Source: Flaccisagitta enflata (Eukaryota). Taken from it: DNA of 64,000 nt. How positions within the stretch are numbered: the stretch's first letter is position 1; every line of letters begins with the position of its first letter. A program made the translations under genes and the position numbers. Location: assembly GCA_965153355.1 (NCBI GenBank), contig OZ231126.1, positions 40,982,001 through 41,046,000 on the forward strand, written 5' to 3'. Shown in pieces: positions 51,512-64,000 of the stretch. The notes beneath the pieces were generated by a model. It did no database searches, was not told where the DNA came from, and saw only the letters and a program-made list of their open reading frames with translations.

Positions 51512-51966
51512 CGGCAATTATGATAACGAAAACAACAACGGCAATTATGACAATGAGGTATTGGACTTTTTAGTCGCGTGCTACGCGACTCTATAAGCCA
51601 CTTTTTGGTCTATCCATCGGTCCATCGGTCCGTCTGTTCATCACAAAGTTGTTTTAAAACGTTTTTTCGAGTTTACATTTTTGAATACAAAAGAAGACAC
51701 TCAGAGTCAGAGATAGAGACTACTAATTAAAGGTCATTTTGAATCTGTCTGTCTGTCTGCCTGTTTGTCTGTGTCTCTCTGACTTTTTTGAAAATGCCCA
51801 CGCACGCGACTTAGGTCTAATCATGACCTTGTTTTTAGACGCGTTCGTCAGGAACGCATCTCTATAAGAGGGTCTGTCCGTCTGTCGGTCAGTCCGTCGG
51901 TCCGTCACGCCTGCAAAAATCGCATTTCTCGGCTATTTTTGGCCACGATGAGATCCTTTACCGAAT

Positions 51967-52608
51967 CACAGCCCTCTCACAGCAAGATCCGGAGAAAAGT
52001 AACATTACTGTAGGTTTCTTCATTGTTTTGTTTTGTTTTGTTTTGTTTTGTTTTGTTTAGAATCTGAGCTCCATTTACTGGAACAAATGATGATAAAATC
52101 TTGTCAAGAGCGCTTTTTGAGATTTTCATAAAAATTGATGGTTTTTACCCTTTTTTTCAATGTAGATTCTACTGGGTATTTTGAAAATCTTTTTTGACAG
52201 CATTTTTGAATTCCTGATGAAATTACCATTCATTTGATAGGTCGCACTGTACAATTTCATCCAAAACTGCAATTTTCCATTTTTAAACCACCGTTACGAT
52301 TTTGCAATGGTGGCTTAAAAACTGAAAATCTTATTTTTATGTAAAAGTGTATGTTGCGACCTATCAAATGAATGGAAATTTCACCAGGCATACAGATTTG
52401 ATGACAACAAATATTTCTGAAATACCCAGTTGAATCTACAGGAAAAAGAAGGCTAAAATCCATCAATTTTTATGAAAATCTCAAAAAGCGCCCTTGACAA
52501 GATTTTATCTTCATTAATCCAGTAAATAGAGCTCAGATTCTACACAAAACAATGAAAAAACCTACAGTGATGTTACTTTTCACCTGTTCTTGCTGTGAAA
52601 GGGCTGTG
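51967..52608. mobile_element. Fully palindromic Transib-like MITE inserted in a family C HINE
   Basis: CACAGCCCT...AGGGCTGTG termini, arms complementary over about 300 bp, 5-bp TSD CGAAT at 51962-51966 and 52609-52613. The neighbouring family C copy shows the empty site. Confidence 0.88.
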
Positions 52609-54292
52609 CGAATCAAGTGATCGATGAACATGTTATGAGAGCTGCCTTAACTACTCGGTCGTTTTATCTGTCTGTTCTTCCATCTGTCGGTTCGTCCGTC
52701 TGTCTCATCTTATATGTCACATGTTAAATACACGTAGAGACACAGTTCGGACGCATCGTTGCCCGGTCGAACTTGTTCTTTTTAGATGCGTCCTCGCATC
52801 TCTATAAGAGGGTCTGTTGGTCCGTCGGTCCGTCGGTCCGTAACGCCTGTGGGAAAACCGCGTTTCTCGGCTGTTTTTGGCCTCGGTGAGATTCTTTACT
52901 GAACCAAACGATCGACAAACATGTTTTGAGTCTCCTTTAAATACTGCTCAGTCGTTTCATCTGTCAGTTCGTCCATCTGTCTCTCCATTCATGTCACATG
53001 TTCAATACACGCAGAGAAACAGTCCGGACGCATCCTTGCCTGGTCGGGCTTGTTGGTCAATGGTAGGACTCCACATCAAGTTCCAACCAAATCAGATAAA
53101 AATCGCCATGTTATCCCATTCTTATCAATACTAGCCCAAAAGCTGGGATAAAAGTTTTGTATGGTGTTGGGTCAGTTGGCCCGTTAGAAATTTCATGAGT
53201 AATAAAGACGCGTTGATTTCCTACCCTTCCAGGGCACGGACCGACCGACAAAGCAACTTTTGCGACTAAAAATGGAGAACGTAGAGGAATTTTGATATAG
53301 ATAGACACATACTCCGCGTTACGTTTGTAAGAAATATCTAAAATTCAAGAATGTTTTTTGATGAAACTTGAGAAAGAATGTTCATAGAGAAGGGCTATGA
53401 AATGGTTTCTCATGCGAGAAGTAATATTTTTGTTAATTCGATTAAAATAACGATCTTTAGCTTTTTAGTCGCATGCTACGCGACTCTACACCCCACTTGT
53501 CAGTCCATCCGTCGGTCCGTCTATCACGCTTTTTTTTGTGTGTTTTTGTGGTCTATGGCCTCACAGCTCCTGCCCAAATGATCACGTGACTTCAAATATA
53601 GCCCTTGCCCACCCGCACGCGACTGGGGTAACCGTGTATCTGGCCTTGTTATTTACGTCGTGAATTGATAGAAACAAGCAACCACTCAAAGGCTAACCTT
53701 TACTGACAAAAACACGTCAGAAAGCCGGTTCTACCGGTTCGACCGGTTCGACCGTTCGTCGATTTTCTTTCCATCAGATGATTATTATGACATGAAATCC
53801 ATCTCCATTAGCTAACTTTAGATAGTGATAATGGATTTAAATAACTAATAACAACTAAGTGTAATTCCACTAATTCATAAGAATCTCTTACTACAATCTG
53901 GGGTCCCTCACTTTGTATTACTCTAAAATCAGGTCTTAATCATTGAACGATTTCTGCCAGTTTTTTTCTAAAATTTTCTCTTGATTTTCCCGCCCCGCCC
54001 AGCCGCACGCGACTGGTTTAGTTTTCCGGGGCACTTGTTCTCGATGGACCGAAGCTGAGTGGGTCATATTTGAAATAGCTATCATAAGTGGAGCCACTCG
54101 GGATTTCGCATGTAAGAAATGTAATATTTTTAACACTCTTTGGTAATTGATTTAGCAGAGGTGTGGGAAACACGACTTCCTTAATAGAGTAGCGTGGGCA
54201 GGGGTAGCCATGACAAAAGGCTAATCAAATCATATTCAGTCTATGCGGTAAAACTTGATAACAGTGAACAGATGGCACCTCTCCCCCCCCAC

Positions 54293-55132
54293 TACGTCGG
54301 TGAGAGGCCCTGGAATTGCCGTTTTTACCCAATATGGGCGTTGCATATTGTGAGGTAACCCAAAATAAGCCAAATCAGCCCTTGAGCGAATTTGAATTCA
54401 ATTGGTAACCATCTTCAGGGTGCGTATCTAGGGTAAAAATAAGCTTTTTTGACCCTTTTTTTTAATTCCTTGCTCAAAAATCGTGACAATGACTTGAAAC
54501 TTGGCAAGGATAAGCCCCAAATGAGTATCTATAAGCAAACAAAGCAAATAAAGAATTGTCACCAATTCTAGTATGGGTTTATACAGTAAAATACGGTGAA
54601 TATAGCCTTTTCCCCTTTTTTAATGATACTATCACAAAAATGGATGCAGTCCTCAAAAATTGTGTGGAATTGCCCCAAGTGAATGTCTACATGAATAACA
54701 ATCAAAAAAAGATTTTTTACTTTGCTAAGATTGAATTTATGCAGTAAAACACTAAAAATGACCTTTTTTGCCAATTTTTCCATTTTTGAGCGAGAAATTT
54801 AAAAAAGGCTAAAAAGCCTCATTTTTACAGTATTTTACTGTGTAAACCCATGCTAAAATCGGTAAAAAATCTTTTTTTGGTTTACTTGCTTGTTGATGCT
54901 CACTTGAGGCGTGTCCTTGCCAAGTTTCAAGTCATTGCCGCGATTTTTGAGCGAGAAATTTAAAAAAAAAAGCCTAAAAAGCTTATTTTTACCCTAGATA
55001 CGCACCCTGAAGATGGTTACCGATTGAATTCAAACTCGCTCATGGGCTAATTTGGCTTATTTTGGGTTACCTCACAATATGCAACGCCCACATTGGGTAA
55101 AATCGGCAATTCCAGGGCCTCTCACCGACGTA
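54293..55132. mobile_element. Palindromic (foldback) MITE with 8-bp TSD, hAT-like
   Basis: TACGTCGGTGAGAGGCCCTGGAATTGCCG... mirrored over more than 300 bp. CCCCCCAC at 54285-54292 and 55133-55140 is low complexity, so a TA-TSD reading is also possible. Confidence 0.8.
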
Positions 55133-55551
55133 CCCCCCACCCTCTGAAAGCTACAGTTGTCATCTGGTCGGCCACATCAGCTGATATACTTCATTAAACA
55201 ATAACTTCCATTAAGTATGACTTCTTATCCTCAAATACTGAAGCACTTTGATAAATTAGATCAAAGATTTTCTTAATTGGACATAGAAAAGTTATTTAAG
55301 GATACACACATAAAGAGGACATAAGGCATGGTACACGGTATACAGACAGACAGACAATTTTCACACCGAAGTCACAACATTCGTAAAAGAAAAACGGCCC
55401 TTTCCCTAAACCGATATATGCTGCACTCCAAGGACTGACCGACAGCCATTACAAAAGCCTTTTTTTTGTAAAACAGATGACATGACAGACGTTTTTGGCT
55501 CGAGATTAAAAGACTTTACTAGCTTTGAATTTGCAGCTAACCCAAGAAAAT

Positions 55552-57416
55552 GAAGAAACCAAAAACGCTTAACCTTTATGTTTGATATTGACCAACCATG
55601 GGAAGCTACCTTGACCGGAAGTAGGTGCCCACTATGTTATCGCCCAGACTCTGGCTCTGAAAGCATAGATAGCCAATATCGTAAATAAATAGCAAATATA
55701 TTTCTCCAAATTGGTGATACATCTACAAAAATGGATACCAGTCCCTGGTAGGCCATCACATAAGGGTAAGAATCACCAAAAAAAATCACTTTACATCCCT
55801 GGTGAACAAAAAGATAAACCTGTTTCTTTTGCTCTTCCCCCGCTCATAGAATTAACATTGGAATTTACTGATTGATTTTTAAAAAACATATTTTGTCAGG
55901 GCCCCGCAGAGGATTTTGGGGGCCCTATACAATCAATAAATCCGCCCCCCCCCCGGTTAAGGCCGATTGTCAGCTTGAATAGTAACATATGCCACTTATC
56001 CAGCTCTCTTGAGCGGTCAGGCGATAGCTGGGAATGGCTTAAAAAAAAGAAAACAATAGCCTAACAGTAACAGCAGAATATTTTGAACTATAAGCAAAGA
56101 GCTTGGTTTTGCACTTCCTTCAATCAGGGGCCTTAGTTTGTATTGAGCCTTTGACTTTTTTTCTTTTTTTTTTTCTTTTTTTTTTCTTTTTCTTTTTTCT
56201 TTCTTTTTGGGCAGTGGCCCCGACGGGGTTGATGACCTATGCTTTCACACATATGGGGGATTTTCTCCTTCTCCTTCTCCTCCTTCTACGTCCCCCCCCC
56301 TCAAATCCCAGTCTCGAGGCCCAAATTCCAGTCTCAAGGCCCAAATCCCAGTCGCGAGGCCCAAATCCCAGCCTCAAGGCCCAAATCCTAGCCTCAAGGC
56401 TCAAATCCTAGCCTGAGGTCCAGATTTAGCCCAAATCCAGCCTTAACGTGGCTCAGCCAAGAGGCCCAGATCCCGGCCTTGAGGCCCAAATCTCAGCCTC
56501 CAGGTTAGGATTTGGGCCTTGAGGCTAGGATTTGGGCCTTGAGGCTAGGATTTGGGCCTTGAGGCTGGGATTTGGGCCTCGAGACTAAGATTTGGGCTTT
56601 GAGACTGGAATTTGGGCCTCAAGACTGGGATTTGAGGGGGGGAGGGACGGAGGAGGAGGAGAAGGAGAAAATCCCCCATATGTGTGAAAGCATAGGTCAT
56701 CGACCTCTTCGGGGCCGCTGCCCTGCTCCCCCCTCAACTTCAACCACAACCTTCTTAGGCAGGGCACGGGTACCGCTGACCATCTAACGCTTTTGCGACT
56801 ATTCTTTTTCCTTTCTTTTCTTTCTTTTTTCTTTTTTTTCTTTTCTTTTTTTTCTCCCCTTCCCCCTTTCTTTCCTCTTTGTTTCTATAACAATTAAGGG
56901 GGCCCTCCGGGCCCCCTGAAGGCTCGGGCCCCTATAATTTGTATAGGTTGTTTAGGCCTCTGCGGGGCTCTGTATTTTGTAGTATTGAAAAAAAACTTAG
57001 AAACATCTAGATATAAGGCAACCTGAATATGAAACCTTGGTCTCCTTTTCACATATCAGTGATGATTTGGTCTTAATTTACTGGTGATCGATGCTAAATG
57101 AAAAAAAGACCGCTGACCCCAGTTATTTTGAATAAATTCGGCCTCACCAAGCCCGTTTAGAGCATTGTACCCCCACCCAAATGGAAAAAATCAACTAAAA
57201 TTGTGATGAGTACTTTCCATACAAACCATTTTCCTTCAATTCCCACTTTCTTGACTTCATTTTTTTTTTCATTTTTAGATTTTGACTATATCAGCCATCT
57301 CAGCTTCCAGAGCCTGAGTCTGGGCGATTTCGTAGTGGGCACCTACTTCCAGTCAAGGTATCTTCCTATGGCTGGTTAATATAAACCATATAGCAGGTTG
57401 GCGTTTTGGTTTCTCC
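55552..57416. mobile_element. DNA element with about 130-bp diverged TIRs hosting a hAT MITE
   Basis: GAAGAAACCAAAAACGC...GGAAGTAGGTGCCCACTA...CGCCCAGACTC is mirrored at about 57285-57416. TSD not resolved. Confidence 0.7.
55897..56972. mobile_element. hAT MITE containing a family D HINE (about 56205-56805)
   Basis: TIR CAGGGCCCCGCAGAGG / CCTCTGCGGGGCTCTG. 8-bp TSD TATTTTGT at 55889-55896 and 56973-56980. Confidence 0.88.
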
Positions 57417-59036
57417 ATTTATGGCATAAAAGTGCCCTCTGAGGTACTGAGAAGGGTCGGCCCAGTGGCTTACAGAATCAGTGATAGTCCCTACTTAAGA
57501 TTCAAAGATGACATTCACTATTACACTAAGAATTTCTCATAAAGTTCTCTGCTACCTGCGCTCACAGGGTACTGTAAACTGTTACCAAAGCTGATAGTAC
57601 TCGAACCAATGAACTTGGATTGTTCCAAATTTCATGCAGGCAAACAAAGAATGAAGAACAGATTTGGCAACAAAAAGATTTTATAATTGACTTAGATGTA
57701 AAAATGAAGGAAGAGCAGACAACCCAAAGGTACAAGAAACAAGGCCGGATACACGGCTACCTAAGTCATTAGCGGGTAGACAAAAAAAATTGTTAACGTT
57801 CAATGGCACTATTTGGCGGATAAATTTTGATAAAGTGAGAGTCTCAAAAAATATAAAAAAAAAAAAGTAAAGTGTGACGGACCGACCGACCGACCGACAA
57901 AGCGGGTTGTAGAGTCGCGTGCACGCGACTAAAAAACATTTAGAGGGAAAATACTAGCTAAAACTAAGTCATTAGCGTCTAGACAAAAAAAATTGTTAAG
58001 GTTCAATGGCACTAAAAATTGGCGGATAAATTTTGTATAAAGTCTCGAGATTCTCATTAAAAATATAAAAAAATCGTAAGGATAAGTAAAGCGGGCACCA
58101 TACTAGCATTGCGTGAGAACATATTATCAATATACACTTGGCAGTGGAGAATTGAATTGCCATATGCTGTATGATTTTTTTCAGTTAGCCCCGCCGCGTC
58201 AGATATTGGAAGAGGGGGGTGGGGGTTTAAAATAATGTATCATAGTTATGTAAAGTACATTAAAGATTCATTTGGATCACTTCATATGATTTGTCCGGAT
58301 GATTTATTCGATGCTCGTCCCACAACGTAAAAATTTCAAATGAGTTTACCCCGCCATCGTTTTCATAAAAAACAGGGCCGGATACACGGCCATCAGTTGC
58401 GGACGGGTGGGCAGGGGCGGAAATGCGCGTTTTCCCACTTTTCGAATCGATGGTTACGGACGGACGGACGGACAAAGCCTCTTATAGAGTTGCGTGTCCG
58501 CAACTGAAAAATATTAATCATCTGGAAAATTGAATAGCTTCTTTAAAAACTGACCACGATTTAATTAGATGGAGCAAATCATTTAAAGTGTTATATAACA
58601 TCGTACCGGCGAATCAAAGACAAGACTTCATCACAAATTCTACCCTGGATCACCCCATGATGACGTCACGAATTTCCATATTCAGAATTGAAGTACTAAA
58701 ACCCCATAATGATACCACATAACACTACTGACAGTATGATATACAGGCAATGAACTACATCCTAAAAACTCCGTACATTTCTATGAGAACGCAACGTTCA
58801 GTCTCAGTCCTGGTTCATTCCCCGACCCATGTCTAACAGTAACAGTAACGTTCCATGCAGATGTTGATTGATGTAAGACTAGGCGAACAGCTTTCATTTG
58901 ATATGCGTCGGAGAACAGGATACGAGTAGACGCGCCGTAACTGCCGCGAATGGCGCAAAAGACCGTAGTAACGCTAGAGGCGGCAGTGCACTGCTTGTGG
59001 CGTTCCCATAAAACAAATGATAAGGCGAAGAATTCG

Positions 59037-62000
59037 TTAAGTAGTGAGTTTCGGAGGCATGTAGTTGCTTTTTGCGCCAAGAATGGGGGCACTGAACAAA
59101 AATACAAAAGAAATATTTGAAGGGGTGAGTCAGAGCTTGCGGTGTCCATGTCATGTTTCTCATCTTCTGTGTGCGTGGTCAGTCTCTCAGAATCAGTGTC
59201 TCTTTGTCTAGCTGTGTTTATATGTGTGCTCATGTGTGTGATTTTGTGTGTTTTTCTCCGTGTGTTTTTCTCTTTGTGTGTTTCTCTGTGTGTTTCTCTG
59301 TGTGTTTCTCTGTGGGTGTTTCCTTGCGTGTGTTTCTCTGCGTGTATTTATTTATTTCGCTACACCTCTTGTTTTTCCTATCAGTACATCTCTTTTTTAC
59401 TATCAGTATGTGCTTCTGTCAGTGTGTCCTATCAGTGTGTCCTTCTATCAGTGTGTCCTTCTATCAGTGTGTCCTTCTATCAGTGTGTCCTTCTATCAGT
59501 GTGTCCTTCTATCAGTGTGTCCTTCTATCAGTGTGTCCTTCTATCAGTGTGTCCATCGATCAGTGTGTCCCTCTTTAAGTGTATCTTTATCAGCATGTCC
59601 CTCTCTCACTGTGTCCCTCTCTCACTGTGTCCCACTGTCAGTGTGTCCCTCTGTCAGTGTGTTCCTCTCTTAGTGTGTCCCTTTCTCAGTATTCCTCTCT
59701 CAGTGTGTCCCTCCATCAATGTGTCCTTCTTTCAGCGTGTCCTTTCAGTGTGTGTTTTTATAAATCTATCTTTCTATCAGTGTGTATATCTATTAGTGAG
59801 TATTCCTATCAGTGTGTCTTTATATCAATGTGCCATTCTATCAGTGTGCCGTTCTATCAGTGTGTCCTATCAGTGTGTCCTTCTATCAGTGTATCCTTCT
59901 ATCAGTGTGTCCTATCAATGTGTCCCCCTATCAGTGTGTTCTTCTATCAATGTGTTCTTCTATCAATGTGTCCTTCTATCAATGTATCCTTCTATCAGTG
60001 TGTCCTTCTATTAGTGTGTCCTTCTATCAGTGTGTCCTTCTATCAGTGTGTCCTTCTATCAGTGTGTCCTTCTATCAGTGTGTCCTTCTATCAGTGTGTC
60101 CTTCTATCAGTGTGTCCTTCTATCAATGTGTCCTTCTATCAGTGTGTCCTTCTATCAGTGTGTCCTTCCATCAGTGTGTCCTTCTATCAAAGTGTCCTTC
60201 CATCAGTGCGTCCTTATATCAATGTGTCCTTCCATCAGTGTGTCCTTCCATCAGTGTGTCCTTCCATCAGTGTGTCCTTCTATCAAAGTGTCCTTCCATC
60301 AGTGTGTCCTTATATTAATGTGTCCTTCCATCAGTGTGTCCTTCCATCAGTGTGTCCTTCCATCAGTGTGTCCTTCTATCAATGTGTCCTTCTATCAATG
60401 TGTCCTTCCATCAGTGTGTCCTTCTATCAATATGTCCTATCAATGTGTCCTTCTATCAGTGTGTGTTTCCATCAGTGTGTGTTTCTATCAGCGTAACTTT
60501 CTATCAGCGTGTATTTCTATCAGCGTATCTTTCTATCAGTGTGCCATTCTATCAGTGTGCCATTCTATCAGTGTGCCATTCTATCAGTGTGCCAGTCTAT
60601 CAGCGTGCCAGTCTATCAGCGTGCCATTCTGTCAGTGTGCCATTCTATCAGTGTGCCATTCTATCAGCGTGCCATTCTGTCAGTGTGCCATTCTATCAGT
60701 GTGACATTCTATCAGTGTGACATTCTTTCAGTGTGCCACTCTAGATTCTATCAGCCCGAAACTTTCTATAAGCCCGTGACTTTCTACCGATCAGTTTGTC
60801 TTTCTTTCGGTCAGTCTGAGTCTGTCCCTTTCTTTCTCTGCTCACGAGGTATCGGGGAAGCAGTTGAAGGGCTCTTCTAGCGCGGAGACTGTTCCGTCAT
60901 CGTCAACGTTGACGGGATAACGAAGCAGTTTGACTTTTTCTTTCTCTCCGTCTTCGAAAAAGGCGTCAGGATCGTCCTCTTTGTACCGGTTCCAGTACTC
61001 GGTCGAAATCTCCTTCACCTGCGAGACAATGTGGAACCGTGACATCTTAGCTCAGATTATGGTTGGGTCAGATCATGATTACAAAGCATCCGGTCAAGGT
61101 TAGGTCAGTTAGGTCAGTTTGTTCCAATTATCGGGATTTCGCGAAAGAAAAACCCCGCAAACTCACGTCAAATCCAAAAATTTGAATGAAAGAAAGTAAT
61201 TTCGCAGTTACAGAACAGAGAGAGACCGTAACAGAGTACACTTTTTTTTTTTTTATAAGAACGTCATTTTTTGAGCAAGCCTTCAATGTTCTTAAATTTT
61301 CAGCAGCTTCAAGGCTTGAACGTTCTTAAATTGTTCTTAATTCAAACGCACTTTTTAGCCTTCAATTAAGAACGTTCTTAATTAGTTTTAAGTTGGTCAT
61401 TAAGGAGAAAATGAAGGAAAATGTCAATGAAACAATAAAGAAGTAGATTTAAACATTTTAAATGAATTAAGATCAATGAAAGTAGAAAAATATATGCTAT
61501 ATAAAGTGAGACATGATTTGCTGAACAGAAAAGATATGGAGTCTGTCCATTTACAAAGAACAATTGATTAAAAAAAAACAGAAAAAAAATGTTCTTAGAT
61601 TTTTAAGATTTCAAGCCTAATGTTCTTAATTTTTTCAAGAAATGAAGCCTTCCAATGTTCTTAGCATGTTCTTAAATTTTTGACGATTTGAAGCCTAACG
61701 TTCTTATAAACTTGGTTCTTATAAAAAAAAATAAGTGTAACTCATATAGCCTGCATAAAGTAATCGTCAAACCTTTTCCACGCATTCTCTCGATCCTGGG
61801 TTATCAATTTCCTCGTAACATTCTCCCAAATGTGCCGACCAAAGCGCTTTTCTGAATGTATGGATGGATCCACGTGGATTTCCGTCTTCACTTTCTTCCG
61901 TGACGTAGTCAGGCTGCCAGGCACCGATCGCAATCTCACTGTCACGATTACCACCTGAGTGAAAAAGAAATAATGTAGGTATCATCTTTTTTTACGCGAA

Positions 62001-63633
62001 GTAAATTTGTATGGGATTTTTCAAAATATATGTAGATATTCTTTATTAATGAAAGTTAAATTTATGTGGCAAAACGACAGACCAAATGACGGCCAAACGC
62101 GGCTAAGAATGAATACTACGCGACTCTACAAACAGCTATCTTCGACCATCAGTTGTTCCGTCGTTTAGTCTATTGTTCTGCCACATTTTACTTTTAATAC
62201 TTTGTATTTGGGTTCACTGCTCCTGGCCAAATACTCTTGTGACCTCAAACTCAGCCCCTGTCTACCCACACGCGACTGAAGTAGCCGTGTATCTGGCTTT
62301 GTTGTTACAGGAAAATGTTTCAGGATTGAATACATATTTCTCATCCATCTCAGTGTCAGATATAAATGTTTTGGGTATCAGAGGGGATGTCTAGTTTGTC
62401 TACACATTGTAAGCAAACAACTCTTTACCTAACGATCTTTGGTTGATGTTTGCCGATCCAACAATGATGTAGTCGTCATCGACGATAAGCATTTTACAGT
62501 GGACGTAGATAGGATGACGCATCGTGTAGCGAACCTGCACGAAAAAAAAGAAAAGAAATTGGTTTGTATTTGGAACAACAGCCAATTTTTACTCATTGAT
62601 TAATCAAATCTTTAATTTCTGCTTGGTCGTTAAAACTCAATGATAATCTTCTTGCCCACTGACTCTTTAACGCTGTTAACGCTTTTTAAATGATAACACA
62701 AATTCATGTTCGCCCAAAAATTTCTTTTTGATTTAACGGTATTCAACTTGTAAGAAAATCCGGGTTCAACATCCTTAAGGTTTCGATATCAAATCACATT
62801 CAGTCATTAATTCTTTCATTCATTCATTCATTCATTCATTCATTCATTCATTCATTCATTCATTCATTCATTCATTTCTCGATGCTCACAAGTTCGGCTT
62901 TGGTGTTTTCTGGCGGCGGAGCGATATCTTCCGGAATGTCGTTTGCACTTTCGCGTTTAGCCAAACAAAAGAACATCAAATAGTCCGTCGGCGTCCCCTC
63001 GGCTCCCCACTCGGCAATCGCATTTGCCACGATCGTGTACATCATTTGCATTGTCCTGATAAAGTTGAAACATTGAGTTTAAAATGTTTCTAGGCTCATC
63101 GGAAAGATGGCATTGGAAACGAGCCAACGATCGCGTCATTGCTTTCATCAATCCCATCATTCTTATCAATCATAACTTTTCATTTTAAGAATAGAAACAT
63201 TGTAAAAATCATCACGCGTAGTTTCATAGCACAATCATCCTCATCATCGTCACCATCATCCTCATCATCTTCCTCATCACCATCCTCATCGTCAACATCA
63301 TCCTCATTGTCATCATCGTCATTATCATCATCTTCATCGCCATCGTCATCCTCGTCATCATCCATCAACAATGTCATTGTCAGCATTCCTTAGGTCGCGT
63401 GAACATGACTGTTTTTTCAGTTTGTTAGCCTGTGAGCCGGTCGTTGTGGAGAGATAAAAAAAGACTCAATTCTTTGTTCACCTGTGTTGCCAGTAAAGGA
63501 TTTCTTGTAGGGCTGCTGTCGTCGGGTCTCCTTCGGGGAACATGGGAATGACGATGTAAGCGGCAAAAGGCTCTCCAGCGGCGATTTTGTCCCGGACCTT
63601 GAAGGCGATCTCGGCTGGCACAGTGTGGTTCGC
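59037..63633 (-). CDS. Phospholipase D, plant PLD-alpha/delta-like, 3' part (277 aa); 5' exons lie beyond the window end
   Basis: GT-AG exons in consistent phase: 63633-63482, 63055-62890, 62534-62429, 61954-61773, 61018-60846, 59091-59037. Translation [57 protein letters not shown]...[14 protein letters not shown]...[42 protein letters not shown]...LLRYPVNV...[22 protein letters not shown]. The second HKD motif is intact. Confidence 0.93.
59400..60740. repeat. 16-bp minisatellite ATCAGTGTGTCCTTCT filling the last PLD intron
   Basis: About 1.3 kb tandem array, which explains the [16 protein letters not shown] pseudo-ORFs in all three frames. Confidence 0.95.
61239..61737. mobile_element. MITE with CAC termini and TA TSD in a PLD intron
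   Basis: TA|CACTTTTTTTTTTTTATAAGAAC ... GTTCTTATAAAAAAAAATAAGTG|TA. Confidence 0.75.
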
Positions 63634-64000
63634 CTAAAATCATGAGGGAAAAGAAAGACACTTAAACACAGCTGCTGAATTGATGATATAATTAAGCAGG
63701 AATTGGGCTTTGGGATGAGATGAACAATCAAGAGACGCGTGGCTACAATATTGACGTGGGCGGGTGGACAGGGGCGTACAACCCTTCTACTTTTCACACA
63801 CACAAACCATCAGATCTGCGGCATCAAAAATGCGTGTTTTTGACCAATGCAATGGGCGAAAAAAAAACATCATAAAGAGTCGCTAGTCTGCGACTTAAAA
63901 ACGATGCAACGGCCAACTGACTCCAACGGCCAACCAGGAAGGCACGACAAGCTGCGCTCAGGTTCCCTGGTGTTATGAAACAAGGCCGGATACACGGCAA

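Noticed and set aside
59142-60880. Long Cys/Ser/Val-rich ORFs (up to 305 aa)
   Set aside because: They are translations of a 16-bp minisatellite, open in all frames, inside a PLD intron.
63180-63386. Acidic poly-Asp ORF within the PLD locus
   Set aside because: It is an (ATC)n-type microsatellite inside an intron, and the flanking PLD exons join in phase without it.

Overview
Eukaryotic, most likely invertebrate animal, genomic DNA that is very rich in repeats. I rebuilt three minus-strand spliced genes exon by exon. (1) The 5' part of an alanine aminotransferase, 5 exons, 5084-8971, running off the window start. (2) A complete 10-exon glycerol kinase 5 orthologue, 28299-50399, with an apparent 1-nt frameshift in exon 5 and a 17.9 kb first intron. 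(3) The 3' six exons of a phospholipase D, 59037-63633, whose sequence is plant PLD-alpha/delta type rather than animal PLD1/2 type. An intact two-ORF CR1/L2-group LINE sits in an ALT intron. Most of the rest is non-autonomous DNA transposons (several Helentron-associated HINE/DINE-1-like families; Transib-, hAT-, Tc1/pogo- and CACTA-like MITEs with readable TSDs), micro- and minisatellites. Highlights: a nested transposon stack that explains about 99% of GK5 intron 1, a Transib-like MITE whose ends read as 23-spacer V(D)J RSS-like signals, a 9.5 kb CACTA-like element carrying unidentified decayed coding sequence and a 2.3 kb palindrome, and the plant-type PLD. All calls were made by eye without database searches.
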